A stretch of DNA of 13,160 nucleotides from Candidatus Nanohaloarchaea archaeon (GTDB lineage: Archaea > Nanohalarchaeota > Nanosalinia > Nanosalinales > Nanosalinaceae), in assembly GCA_046497485.1 (NCBI GenBank), contig JAWOFP010000052.1:1-13160 (forward strand), read 5' to 3'. The position numbers and the translations under genes were made by a program. This document shows, one piece after another, positions 1 through 7,719 of this stretch. Under the pieces are notes generated by a model. It worked only from the letters and a program-made list of their open reading frames with translations, was not told where the DNA came from and did not search any database. Every line of letters begins with the position of its first letter. Position 1 is the first letter of the stretch.

Positions 1-563
1 AGGCTTAAGGCCTTTCTGCAATCGCCGCTGTTCTCTGCCACGGTTTCAGCGATTTTTTCGATGACTTCTTCTGGTACGGTTCCGGGCCGGAATGCTTTCT
101 TGACTCGGTCTTGGAGAATGTTCTCTAGTTGAGGCGCGTTGTAGGAATGGAATTCAAGCGTCTTACAGCTCAACCGTGACTGGCTTCTGGGATCAAGAGG
201 GATACGGTTCGGATGCTGATTGGAGACCATTAAGAGCCCAATCGAGTTATCGGCTTCTTCATTAATCATTTGAAGATCGTAGATGACCTTGGTCGAGTCT
301 GCGTAGTCGCTTCTGTTGACAGCGGCTAACAGTCTCTTTAGCTCGGATTCATTTGCTCCCCGCATCGTGAATTCGTCTGGAGCAAATTTCAGTAGCAGTG
401 TTTTCCAGGACCAGAGCAGCCGATCTTGTTGTACTTCGCTTATCCCTTCCGCGGCACAGTGGTCGATAAAATCGTGGAGTGATTGGATGTTTTCAGGTTC
501 GATTGTAGTCTCGTCTAGTTTGTCGAGACTACGGTCTACGTCGATGTATTTTGTTGTGGACAT
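1..563 (-). pseudogene. Chimeric ORF: archaeal tyrosine-integrase N-terminus (aa 1-92) fused in-frame to the Orc1/Cdc6 C-terminal AAA+/lid region; runs off the left edge
   Basis: Manual translation from ATG 563, open to base 1: MSTTKYIDVDRSLDKLDETTIEPENIQSLHDFIDHCAAEGISEVQQDRLLWSWKTLLLKFAPDEFTMRGANESELKRLLAAVNRSDYADSTK|VIYDLQMINEEADNSIGLLMVSNQHPNRIPLDPRSQSRLSCKTLEFHSYNAPQLENILQDRVKKAFRPGTVPEEVIEKIAETVAENSGDCRKALS. The second half has Cdc6 hallmarks (sensor I MVSN, LDPR..SRL, F..Y...QL..IL.DR...AF, sensor II GDCR.AL) but no Walker A/B. The first half resembles archaeal integrase N-termini (I..EN....DF...G.S; ELKRL.A.VN.SDY...TK). Not in the ORF track. Confidence 0.75.
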
Positions 564-669
564 AATTCATTTTCACAGTTTCAGATAGAAGGAGAAGCGG
601 GAAAGACACGGTTTCTGTTGCCCTGAATCACCAGGGTTCGATTGGGTAACCACTTAACCCTTAGTTAAA
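1..669 (-). mobile_element. Remnant of a tRNA-Pro-integrated element (integrase/Cdc6-carrying)
   Basis: The integrase-like start lies about 107 bp downstream of the tRNA-Pro 3' end in the same orientation. The segment looks GC-richer than the flanking DNA and has no AGGCCT between 14 and 793. The second att site would lie outside the window. Confidence 0.55.
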
Positions 670-742
670 TGGCAGGACCCGGATTTGAACCGGGGTCTGG
701 CCGTCCCAAACGGCCAATGATAGTCCACTACACCATCCCGCC
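670..742 (-). tRNA. tRNA-Pro(UGG)
   Basis: Reverse complement GGCGGGATGGTGTAGTGGACTATCATTGGCCGTTTGGGACGGCCAGACCCCGGTTCAAATCCGGGTCCTGCCA. Acceptor GGCGGGA/TCCTGCC, anticodon arm GGCCG-TTTGGGA-CGGCC, T-arm CCCGG-TTCAAAT-CCGGG. No intron and no encoded CCA. Confidence 0.96.
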
Positions 743-772
743 AGTACTGTAATTGAATTTGAGGGAAAAAGT

Positions 773-780
773 CTTTTATA
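773..780 (-). promoter_or_regulatory. TATA box of tRNA-Pro
   Basis: TATAAAAG on the minus strand, about 31-38 bp upstream of the mature tRNA 5' end. Confidence 0.55.
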
Positions 781-830
781 CTAAATTTCTAATAGGCCTA
801 AAACTGGTAGAAAATAGGTGGTGAAATTGT

Positions 831-1058
831 TTAGGCCTCCTGTTTTACCTGGGATCTGTTGATTCCGAATCTTTCGTAGAGTCCGCATTTTCCTGTTAAC
901 CCGGTTGCAAGCAGCACTATTGATATTATTCCTAGTAGTGGCGAGTAAATTTCCGGCTGATTTACATAGTTTGCGAGTATTCCAATCGATGTTAGACCAG
1001 TTATTGCTGCTAGAATCACTCTAACCGCTTGATCAGTCTTCCCAATATTTGTTTCCAT
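831..1058 (-). CDS. DUF2892 (YgaP-like) small membrane protein
   Basis: N-IG..D...R start, two hydrophobic helices and the C-terminal TG.TG.C.LY...GI motif typical of DUF2892. Confidence 0.85.
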   Translation of the reverse strand: METNIGKTDQAVRVILAAITGLTSIGILANYVNQPEIYSPLLGIISIVLLATGLTGKCGLYERFGINRSQVKQEA

Positions 1059-1125
1059 TAAGCTCCATATATGTTCTTGAGATAATAAGCGTTTCGCTTT
1101 AGAGATAGCATATTAGATGAAAAAT

Positions 1126-1698
1126 TTAATCGGTATCCAATAGAAGCTTAGAACGATCTTTTATACCCCATGAAACTTTGTCACCTTCTTCCAAGTTCAT
1201 TATCGCCGCTAAAGTTTCAGGCAGCTGAACATTGACAAAGGAATTTTCTCCAGGCCTAACTTCTGCTTCTCCTCTATCTTTTGAGGCCTCTTTGAAGCTA
1301 TAGGAGTCGAGCTTGTCGGATGACATTTTCTCCTGAACCGATTCGTTCGAGTCTGTGAACCATATCTGACAGTTCACACCCCGGAAATCCTTAATCCACT
1401 TTAGTTGAGTATGCCTAAGGCCGTCTTTCTCTCCCTTAACCTCAACAAAAAGATAATCGCCATTGTCATCAAAAGCTAGAAAGTCAGGGACCCCAGGCCT
1501 GAACAAGTTCCCCATTTTTTCTACTCCCTGATTTGAGATCCTCTGACTGACCAAGTCACAGGCCTTCGGATACTTTTCCTCGAAATCTTTCAAAATAGCT
1601 GGACTGGTTCTAATTACATTGTCCCAGTTGCTGTCAAGCATGGATTCGACTACCTCTTCAGTCTCAGTCAAAGAGGCCTCTTCCTCAAAAGGAATCAT
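1126..1698 (-). CDS. VRR-NUC (PD-(D/E)XK) nuclease with a C-terminal AbrB/MazE/SpoVT-like domain
   Basis: PGVPDFL...LFVEVK...DGLR..Q..W matches the VRR-NUC core. The C-terminal VQLPETLAAIMNLEEGDKVSW matches the AbrB swapped-hairpin pattern. Start moved to ATG 1698 (MIPFEEE) to avoid overlap with the divergent gene. Confidence 0.8.
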   Translation of the reverse strand: MIPFEEEASLTETEEVVESMLDSNWDNVIRTSPAILKDFEEKYPKACDLVSQRISNQGVEKMGNLFRPGVPDFLAFDDNGDYLFVEVKGEKDGLRHTQLKWIKDFRGVNCQIWFTDSNESVQEKMSSDKLDSYSFKEASKDRGEAEVRPGENSFVNVQLPETLAAIMNLEEGDKVSWGIKDRSKLLLDTD

Positions 1699-1776
1699 AA
1701 CTAAGTGATATAATCGAAAACTTAACTGAATAACTGATTCGGAATTTTGATAAGTTTTAGCAGCCAATTATTTCCT

Positions 1777-2235
1777 ATGTTGAAGCCTGAACTATTGAGA
1801 TACAGAACCCCTGAATATGATTCAGTTTTGGATGCAAGAGAGAATTTTAAGGAAAGTTATGAGGGTTCTTTAGGCCTAGATTTTGATACCGCTATCGGAA
1901 GATATCCTCCACATTTAGCTGCTGGTGGAATTCAGACAGTTTGGACGATAGAACCAGATAATCTTAGTGCCTCAATAGGAGAGAACCTTGAGGATATAGG
2001 AGATAGGATGCTTGAAGCGACCAGAGAAGATGAGATTGAAGCCAGATTAAAGCATAACCCTGCTCCTCTAGGAGGTAATGATCTCACGGAACAGGATGTT
2101 GAACTTATGGATCTAATGTATCAAACTCTTGGAGAACCTGAACCTATAAGGAAAGAAAATGGTCTATGGAGCAGCGGCCATTTTGGCAGAGAACTGATAG
2201 ATAAGCATTACGCCGAGACAAGTATAGATCTCTAG
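1777..2235 (+). CDS. Hypothetical acidic protein
   Basis: Acidic composition like its neighbours; the likely start is ATG 1777 (MLKPELL). No recognisable family. Confidence 0.7.
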   Translation: MLKPELLRYRTPEYDSVLDARENFKESYEGSLGLDFDTAIGRYPPHLAAGGIQTVWTIEPDNLSASIGENLEDIGDRMLEATREDEIEARLKHNPAPLGGNDLTEQDVELMDLMYQTLGEPEPIRKENGLWSSGHFGRELIDKHYAETSIDL

Positions 2236-2381
2236 ATGCAATCCTTTATTGAAGCGAACTTTTAAAAAGGCCTGTGAACAATGTAACAATATGACTCACA
2301 GAGCAAAGACCTCCATTACTTCAAAGAGAGTGTCTAGAGCTTCTGCTGTGAGTTCTAACATTAAGTATATATCTAATTTAT

Positions 2382-2408
2382 TTATCCTGTATAACTGATA
2401 CAGGATAA
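2382..2408. promoter_or_regulatory. Perfect 11-bp inverted repeat (operator or hairpin) downstream of a TATA-like element
   Basis: TTATCCTGTAT-aactg-ATACAGGATAA; TATATAT at 2366-2372. Confidence 0.5.
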
Positions 2409-2411
2409 GTA

Positions 2412-2526
2412 GGTTGAACAAACCTGGCCTGGCTCACAACTCAGTGGGCCTCGGGCAAAAGGATTCAACCGAAAACCGCCGGACTTCTCACCTCAACAAA
2501 CACTTGAACCTTAACAAGGTGATCAA
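2412..2526 (+). ncRNA. Candidate structured RNA / leader (unassigned)
   Basis: Nested stem GGTTGAA(2412-2418)/TTCAACC(2464-2470) enclosing CCT/AGG, GCCT/GGGC and GCTCAC/GTGGGC. G-U pairs favour the + strand. It is followed by the ACCTT/AAGGT hairpin at 2508-2520. Confidence 0.3.
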
Positions 2527-2777
2527 TCATAAAATAAGAGCCAATACGCTGCCAAAAAACTGAAAGCCTATACCAAAAAACATATCCACTTTCCTCTCTT
2601 TTTCTTTCAACCGTCCTCGGAAATAACTACACTAGAACCGCATTCCGGACATTCTATTGAATCTGGAAAACTTTTCTCACCGCTATACCAGAAAAAGTTG
2701 CCGCAGCTACTACATTCCAGCTCTAAACTTGAATCAACCATAACAAAATAAAATAGAAATTAAGGAAATTTTGAGGC

Positions 2778-3632
2778 CTACTCTTCCAAGTTTTCCATCC
2801 TGTCTTCGATCTCTTCCTGGATCTCTTCTCCACTCATCTCCTCTAGATTTCCGATATTGAAGTTTGAGAGATCAATATCGCTGATCTTATCCAGTACCTT
2901 TTGGAGGCCTTCCTCGTTTTCTCCTGAACTCATTCCTCCCACTAACTCAGTTGGGAATGTGACAATCGTGGAGTTTTCTGCTGCGACTGAATCCAGGGTT
3001 TGAAGAGTTCTCATTCTGTAGCCTTTTTCTCCTATGATTTCTGAGGCCTGGCGTAGTTTGACAGCAGCTTCAAGCTCTCCCTGTGCATTGGTTCGTCTGG
3101 CTCTTCTGTCTCTTTCTGCTTCTGCCTGTGCGGCCATCGCCCTCTCCATTTTTTCAGGCAGATTAATGTTCTGAATCTCGACATCTAATACTCTGACTCC
3201 AAAGCTATCTGTTTTGTCATCCAGCTGTCTCTGAATCTCATCTCCGATCTCATCTCTTCTCTGCAGCAGATCATCTAACTCCTTCTTACCAACTAAGTCT
3301 CTCAAAATTGAGGTTGCGTAGTTCAGTGTCTGTCTCTTATAGTCCCCAACATTTACTATAGAATCCTTCACATCTTCAGTTGAGTCTTTAACCTCAAAGA
3401 ATACTACTCCGTCGACTTCAACCGGCACGTTATCTCGTGTAATTGCTTCCTGCTTCATCACATCCACAGAGTCTTCATAGACCGGGACTGTGACTGGCTT
3501 CTCGATGAAAGGGATCTTGAAGTGTATACCTGATTTTCGACTTCTATTATAGCTTCCAAATCTTAGAACTATGCTTCTTTCCCACTCATCATTCATGAAA
3601 AACGGGAAAGGCCCTGATAGAGAGAAACCCAT
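2778..3632 (-). CDS. SPFH/band 7 (stomatin/QmcA-like) protein without an N-terminal TM helix
   Basis: WER.IVLRFG...GIHFKIPFIE, ITRDNV.V.VDGVV, LRDLVG...LDDLL..R, GVRV..VEI, AMAAQAEAERDRRA, LRQASE...RTLQTL. The SD GGTGA sits 8-12 nt upstream of the ATG. Confidence 0.93.
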   Translation of the reverse strand: MGFSLSGPFPFFMNDEWERSIVLRFGSYNRSRKSGIHFKIPFIEKPVTVPVYEDSVDVMKQEAITRDNVPVEVDGVVFFEVKDSTEDVKDSIVNVGDYKRQTLNYATSILRDLVGKKELDDLLQRRDEIGDEIQRQLDDKTDSFGVRVLDVEIQNINLPEKMERAMAAQAEAERDRRARRTNAQGELEAAVKLRQASEIIGEKGYRMRTLQTLDSVAAENSTIVTFPTELVGGMSSGENEEGLQKVLDKISDIDLSNFNIGNLEEMSGEEIQEEIEDRMENLEE

Positions 3633-3671
3633 TATAGATTCACCATACTCACTATTTAGAGATCTTAGGCC

Positions 3672-4310
3672 TTATACTTTACCGTTATCTTTTATCTCAT
3701 TAAGATACTTTGAACCTATTTCGATATCTAGCTCATTGTCAAGTCTTTTAAGCAGTTTTTCTCTCTTTTTTCCTTCCTCTATAGCCTTGGATATTTCCTC
3801 TTCCTCAGGTTTAGGGACATATTCCACCAAGTTCAGATAAGCAAAGTCTTCATCACTGAAATTACTGAAGTCTGCTTTGTCCTGAAAGGCCTTACCCGGG
3901 ATTTCCTCATTTTCATAGTATCTCAAGGCGTCTTCAGGATATCCTAGAAAATCCCCAATTGCTTTATCAGAAAACCTTGCATCAGTTTCTTCCGAGTATT
4001 TCAACAGATCAAACCTGTCTTTTTTCTCTGCGATATAGATGCTAGAACTGGTTAAGACTGTTTCTCTCTTTAAAATCCTGTCAAGTATAGATCTTTTTTC
4101 TCCTCCTACAGCCTTCATCTCAAGATCGAAATCACTGCAGAAATCTCTGATAATCTCGGTATCCGAGTCTTTAACACCCAATAATAGAGCTCCAGGCTTT
4201 TCCCCAAGAATCAGTAATAGCAGATGATAGGCCTCTTCATCAATCAAAGCACCCGGAAACTCCTCAATGAAATACTTCTCAATTAGATCAGCATCCATCT
4301 TCTCGATCAT
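3672..4310 (-). CDS. Hypothetical protein with DUF3793/DUF483-like motifs
   Basis: G.KP..L near the N-terminus and IGDFLGYPEDA resemble the conserved IG.FLGYP motif. The start is uncertain (ATG 4310 or 4298; TTG 4319). Confidence 0.65.
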   Translation of the reverse strand: MIEKMDADLIEKYFIEEFPGALIDEEAYHLLLLILGEKPGALLLGVKDSDTEIIRDFCSDFDLEMKAVGGEKRSILDRILKRETVLTSSSIYIAEKKDRFDLLKYSEETDARFSDKAIGDFLGYPEDALRYYENEEIPGKAFQDKADFSNFSDEDFAYLNLVEYVPKPEEEEISKAIEEGKKREKLLKRLDNELDIEIGSKYLNEIKDNGKV

Positions 4311-4340
4311 AATAGACAATTCGTCTTCAGAAAAATAAAA

Positions 4341-4871
4341 TTACATCACATCAGCCAAAGTTAAGATACCCTGATAACCATTTTTAACTACTAAAACTGC
4401 TGAATCCTCCTTTAACAGATTTTTCAAGGCCTCGATCGATGTATCCGGATCTATTTCAGAATACTTTGAGCCCATTAATTCTTCTATTTTTTGATCCGGG
4501 CTTTCCGCTTCCAGAAGTAGGCCTTCTGTTATTCTGCCAACTTGTTCACTGTTTTTTCTGACCGGCATCTGCGAGAAATCGTTTTCACGCATCTCTTTCT
4601 TTATCTCTAGCACTGTTTCACTGGCTTCTGCCCAAGTTACAGGACTGTTCATCTTTTCTCTAGCGGTCTTGGAATCTTTCTCCAGGCCTTCCAGTGTTTT
4701 CCAGAGTTTATAGGCTGTCGAGTATGTGTAGTTGACAGAGTTCTTCTCAATCCTGCTAATCTGGCTAACAGATAGGCCTGTCAGATCCGCTATCTTTCCC
4801 TGAGTCTTATCGAGTCTGCGCCTCTTCTTTCTCAGTGTTTCCGATAATTCCTCTGATGGCATCAAGCTCAT
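4341..4871 (-). CDS. XRE-type HTH + CBS-pair transcriptional regulator (COG3620-like)
   Basis: LRKKRRRLDKTQGKIADLTGLSVSQISRIE HTH. CBS pair: M.SPV..., MREND.SQMPV...GRIT, VLVV...GILT.ADV. ATG 4871 is preferred over TTG 4889. Confidence 0.9.
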   Translation of the reverse strand: MSLMPSEELSETLRKKRRRLDKTQGKIADLTGLSVSQISRIEKNSVNYTYSTAYKLWKTLEGLEKDSKTAREKMNSPVTWAEASETVLEIKKEMRENDFSQMPVRKNSEQVGRITEGLLLEAESPDQKIEELMGSKYSEIDPDTSIEALKNLLKEDSAVLVVKNGYQGILTLADVM

Positions 4872-4928
4872 AATTTTACTGTTACGCAAATAATTTGATT
4901 AAACCTTACATTTCAGGAAACCAAATTA

Positions 4929-6020
4929 ATGGTTATGTCAGACCTAGATATATCGATAGAACAAGTTGAGAAAGACCCTATCAAAAATACAGAAACAGAA
5001 GTAGTCGAAAGAAAAGGCCTAGGGCATCCCGACACGATCAGTGACAACATAGCGGAAGAAGTCTCAAAAGCACTATGTAGAGAGTATGAGGAAAGATTCG
5101 GCCAGATTTTACATCATAATACTGATGAAGTCCAGTTAGTCGCAGGAGAAGCCAGGCCTGAATTCGGGGAAGAAAAAGAATTGGAAAAGAAAATCTATAT
5201 TTTACTCGCTGGAAGAGCCACAAAAGAATTCCAGGGAGAGAAAATCCCTGTAGACAAGATAGCTATAGAAGCAGCAGAACAGTTCATTGAAGAAAACTTC
5301 AAAGTCCTAAGGCCTGAACATATCGAGTTCGAATCAAGGATAGGAGAGACCTCAACCGACCTAGAAGATGTCTATAACAGAGAAGAAATATTATCAAATG
5401 ACACCAGCTTTGGAGTAGGGCACTACCCGTTAAGCGACGCTGAGAAACTGTCTCTAGGCCTGGAAGAAAAAATCCTGGAAATCGGTGAAGCGGGAGAAGA
5501 CATCAAAATAATGGTCACGAGGGAAAAAGATGTAGTCGATGTTACGGTAGCGGTCGCAGGAATAGCATCCAGAATAGAAGACTTAGAGGCCTATAATGAG
5601 TTCAAGTCAGAAGTCAAAAAAGTCGCCAAAGAATACTCTAAGAAGTACTTCAGCAACGGCTGCGTCCATGTCAACATAGCAGATTCAGAAGACTCAGTCT
5701 ACATAACCGAGACAGGGACCTCAGCAGAGAACGGAGACGACGGCAGCGTCGGAAGAGGAAACAGGTACAACGGCTTAATTACACCTGAACGCTCCATGAG
5801 CCTAGAGGCCTGGTCCGGGAAAAACCCAGTGACTCACGTTGGAAAGATTAATCAGATCAGAGCGCATGAACTGTCAGAGAAAATCCATGAAGAAACTGGA
5901 AAGTTCGCTCAATGTAGGATAATTAACAAGATAGGAAGGCCTGTAAAAGATCCAGTAGTTCACATTAAAACTGAAGACGAAAAAGAAGTTGAAGGTATAG
6001 TTAGAGAGTTCATAGAATAA
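4929..6020 (+). CDS. mat: Archaeal-type S-adenosylmethionine synthetase (methionine adenosyltransferase)
   Basis: [59 protein letters not shown]. Confidence 0.96.
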   Translation: MVMSDLDISIEQVEKDPIKNTETEVVERKGLGHPDTISDNIAEEVSKALCREYEERFGQILHHNTDEVQLVAGEARPEFGEEKELEKKIYILLAGRATKEFQGEKIPVDKIAIEAAEQFIEENFKVLRPEHIEFESRIGETSTDLEDVYNREEILSNDTSFGVGHYPLSDAEKLSLGLEEKILEIGEAGEDIKIMVTREKDVVDVTVAVAGIASRIEDLEAYNEFKSEVKKVAKEYSKKYFSNGCVHVNIADSEDSVYITETGTSAENGDDGSVGRGNRYNGLITPERSMSLEAWSGKNPVTHVGKINQIRAHELSEKIHEETGKFAQCRIINKIGRPVKDPVVHIKTEDEKEVEGIVREFIE

Positions 6021-6064
6021 ACCGGTACTAAAAATTTATTTACAGGCTAAGATAAAGAATAGAT

Positions 6065-6451
6065 ATGGCATTTGAAGATTACAGCCTGAAAGAAGGATTG
6101 ACAGCTACAATGGCAGCAGTCCTAGCCAATCTAACAGTTGTAGCAATTTCACAGAATCTTTTGATGACAAACGGAGAATTCATGCCTCTGACATTTGGTC
6201 CTGTAGCCGTATTCACAGCTATTGCAGGAGTTCTAGGATTTGGAGCATGGGAGTTTTTCAAAAGATATAGAGAAAAAGCACAGAGAGACTACATGCTGCT
6301 TGTATCTGTGGTGACTCTGCTTTCATACGCGACAGTTGTTTTTGCAACAGAACAGCCTGGAGCAGGAATGAAGGAAGTTATCATGCTTTCACTAACTCAC
6401 GCAAATGCAGCAGTAGTTTATACAGCAGTCCTTCTAGAAGCAGACAGATAA
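6065..6451 (+). CDS. Four-TM membrane protein, DUF6069-like
   Basis: Four hydrophobic segments, F.PL..GPV, LLS and the C-terminal L.L.H..AAVV pattern. Confidence 0.7.
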   Translation: MAFEDYSLKEGLTATMAAVLANLTVVAISQNLLMTNGEFMPLTFGPVAVFTAIAGVLGFGAWEFFKRYREKAQRDYMLLVSVVTLLSYATVVFATEQPGAGMKEVIMLSLTHANAAVVYTAVLLEADR

Positions 6452-6464
6452 AACCTATTTTTCT

Positions 6465-6671
6465 TTATTCTTTTTTGATATACCAGACTTTACTCCCTTC
6501 TAATTCCCCTTCAACCCGAGATCTAAACAACTTAATCAATTCTGAGGTAAGAGATAACTCGGTTCCATCTCTCAATACAGCCTTTTCCTCTTCTTCCACA
6601 ACTTCTTTCAAAAAGCCTTCAGACCACTTATCTTCATCCGTACTTGGAGGCTTAGCTCTTAAACGATCCAT
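6465..6671 (-). CDS. Small hypothetical protein, translationally coupled to the upstream gene
   Basis: GGAGG SD inside the upstream gene end, TAA-ATG junction at 6674-6669, acidic composition. Confidence 0.7.
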   Translation of the reverse strand: MDRLRAKPPSTDEDKWSEGFLKEVVEEEEKAVLRDGTELSLTSELIKLFRSRVEGELEGSKVWYIKKE

Positions 6672-6992
6672 TTAATCTCCTCCATGAATAGTTATAATGT
6701 AATGAGCAGGCCTGTGACCTTTCGGCTTTCTGTCCTTAACTGAGTCAGAGACACCCGTCTCAGCATACCTTTTCTTAGGCCTGACATTCCACTCCCAGTT
6801 ATCAATCGACTCAATGCTATCTAAAGTATTTGAGATCTTAGGTGTTATCTTCCTCAAGTCTCCGACAATCTTTTCGGCGTCCTGGCCTTTCCTCTCCCTA
6901 GAGAAAGGCTTAATCTTCAGGACATTCTCTCCCTGAGGCCTGACAGATTTAATGCCTTCAATCTTTGTGAGTTTTTGGACTATTTGCTTCAT
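6672..6992 (-). CDS. Hypothetical basic protein
   Basis: 106-aa ORF with an ATG start that abuts the next gene. No family recognised. Confidence 0.7.
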   Translation of the reverse strand: MKQIVQKLTKIEGIKSVRPQGENVLKIKPFSRERKGQDAEKIVGDLRKITPKISNTLDSIESIDNWEWNVRPKKRYAETGVSDSVKDRKPKGHRPAHYIITIHGGD

Positions 6993-7064
6993 ATTTGCTG
7001 TATAATCAAAATATTTAGGAAGTTACTAAAAACTTCCATAATTCATTCTAGAATAGGTGTCTTC

Positions 7065-7712
7065 GTGGCTCAACAAGAAACTAAATACAGCAATAATTTA
7101 TTCTCAAACCATTTCCTAGAAGAAAGAATCCAAGACCTAGACGAATGGAACGAAACAGAAGTTGAGGAAAAGTTTGAGGAACTGAAAGAACTTTATGAGA
7201 AAACTGAAGGATTTCTTTCCGAAGAACTGAACGAAGACCAGACACAGGATAAATTCATTAATCCGGTGCTGAAGGCCTTAAACCATGAATGGGTGCCGGA
7301 AGCACGGACACGAGTAGGATCGAAAAAAAGAGGCTCAATACTCAACCCCGACTACACATTCATGGGGATGGAAACCCAGATGGATGTCCACGAAGACGAG
7401 GATTTAAGCCACTTCGATGTGAATTACGCAGTCGGAGACGCCAAGGCCTGGAACCGAACACTAGATAAATCGACTCAGGACCATACCAACCCAGCTTTCC
7501 AGATCTACAATTATGTCGATAGACTAAGAGCTGACTGGGGAATACTGACTAACGGGAAGAAATGGCGGCTCTACAGCTACGAAGACTGCGCCGCAGACAT
7601 CTTCTTCGAAATCGACCTAGAAAAACTTTTGCAGGGAGAGAAAACAGAGGAAAAAAGTTTAATGCAGGATTTATACTTAGACAGAACCAATTATTTAATT
7701 GTTACTATTTAG
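7065..7712 (+). pseudogene. 5' fragment of a type IIG (Eco57I-like) fused restriction-modification enzyme; nuclease domain only
   Basis: GTG 7065 after SD AGGTG. N.NLFS..FL.ER, NE......FI.PVL..L, PDY, GDAK.W...LD, NP.FQI..Y....DWGILTNG..WRLY, FFE.DL. Recognisable similarity ends at about 7655, with no MTase motifs (DPACGSG, NPPY) afterwards. Confidence 0.8.
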
Positions 7713-7719
7713 TAACAAT
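7698..7719. promoter_or_regulatory. Perfect 10-bp inverted repeat (candidate operator) between a TATA-like element and the ATG of the AAA protease
   Basis: ATTGTTACTA-tt-TAGTAACAAT, ending 2 nt before ATG 7722; TTATTTAA at 7691-7698. Confidence 0.55.

Noticed and set aside
316..588. 90-aa + strand ORF
   Set aside because: Ser-rich antisense shadow of the integrase::Cdc6 frame on the minus strand.
1699..1776. ORF-track N-terminal extensions (1767 -, 1747 +)
   Set aside because: Non-ATG starts that make the two divergent genes overlap; the region looks like a shared AT-rich promoter.
2291..2398. 35-aa ORF MTHRAKTS...
   Set aside because: Basic and Ser-rich, unlike the acidic proteome; it runs across a hairpin, a TATA element and a palindrome. 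Not called as a CDS.
2395..2495. RNase P CR-I-like GAGAAGTCC (minus strand) and hammerhead-like stem-GAAA (plus strand)
   Set aside because: No CR-V/P4 partner for RNase P and the G-U pairs favour the other strand; no CUGANGA directly before the stem for a hammerhead.
3571..6675. ORFs 3571-3840, 4039-4227, 5038-5223, 6079-6261, 6475-6675
   Set aside because: Antisense shadows of better supported genes.
6975..7064. N-terminal extension of the R-M ORF
   Set aside because: TTG start overlapping the divergent gene; GTG 7065 has an SD and starts the recognisable domain.
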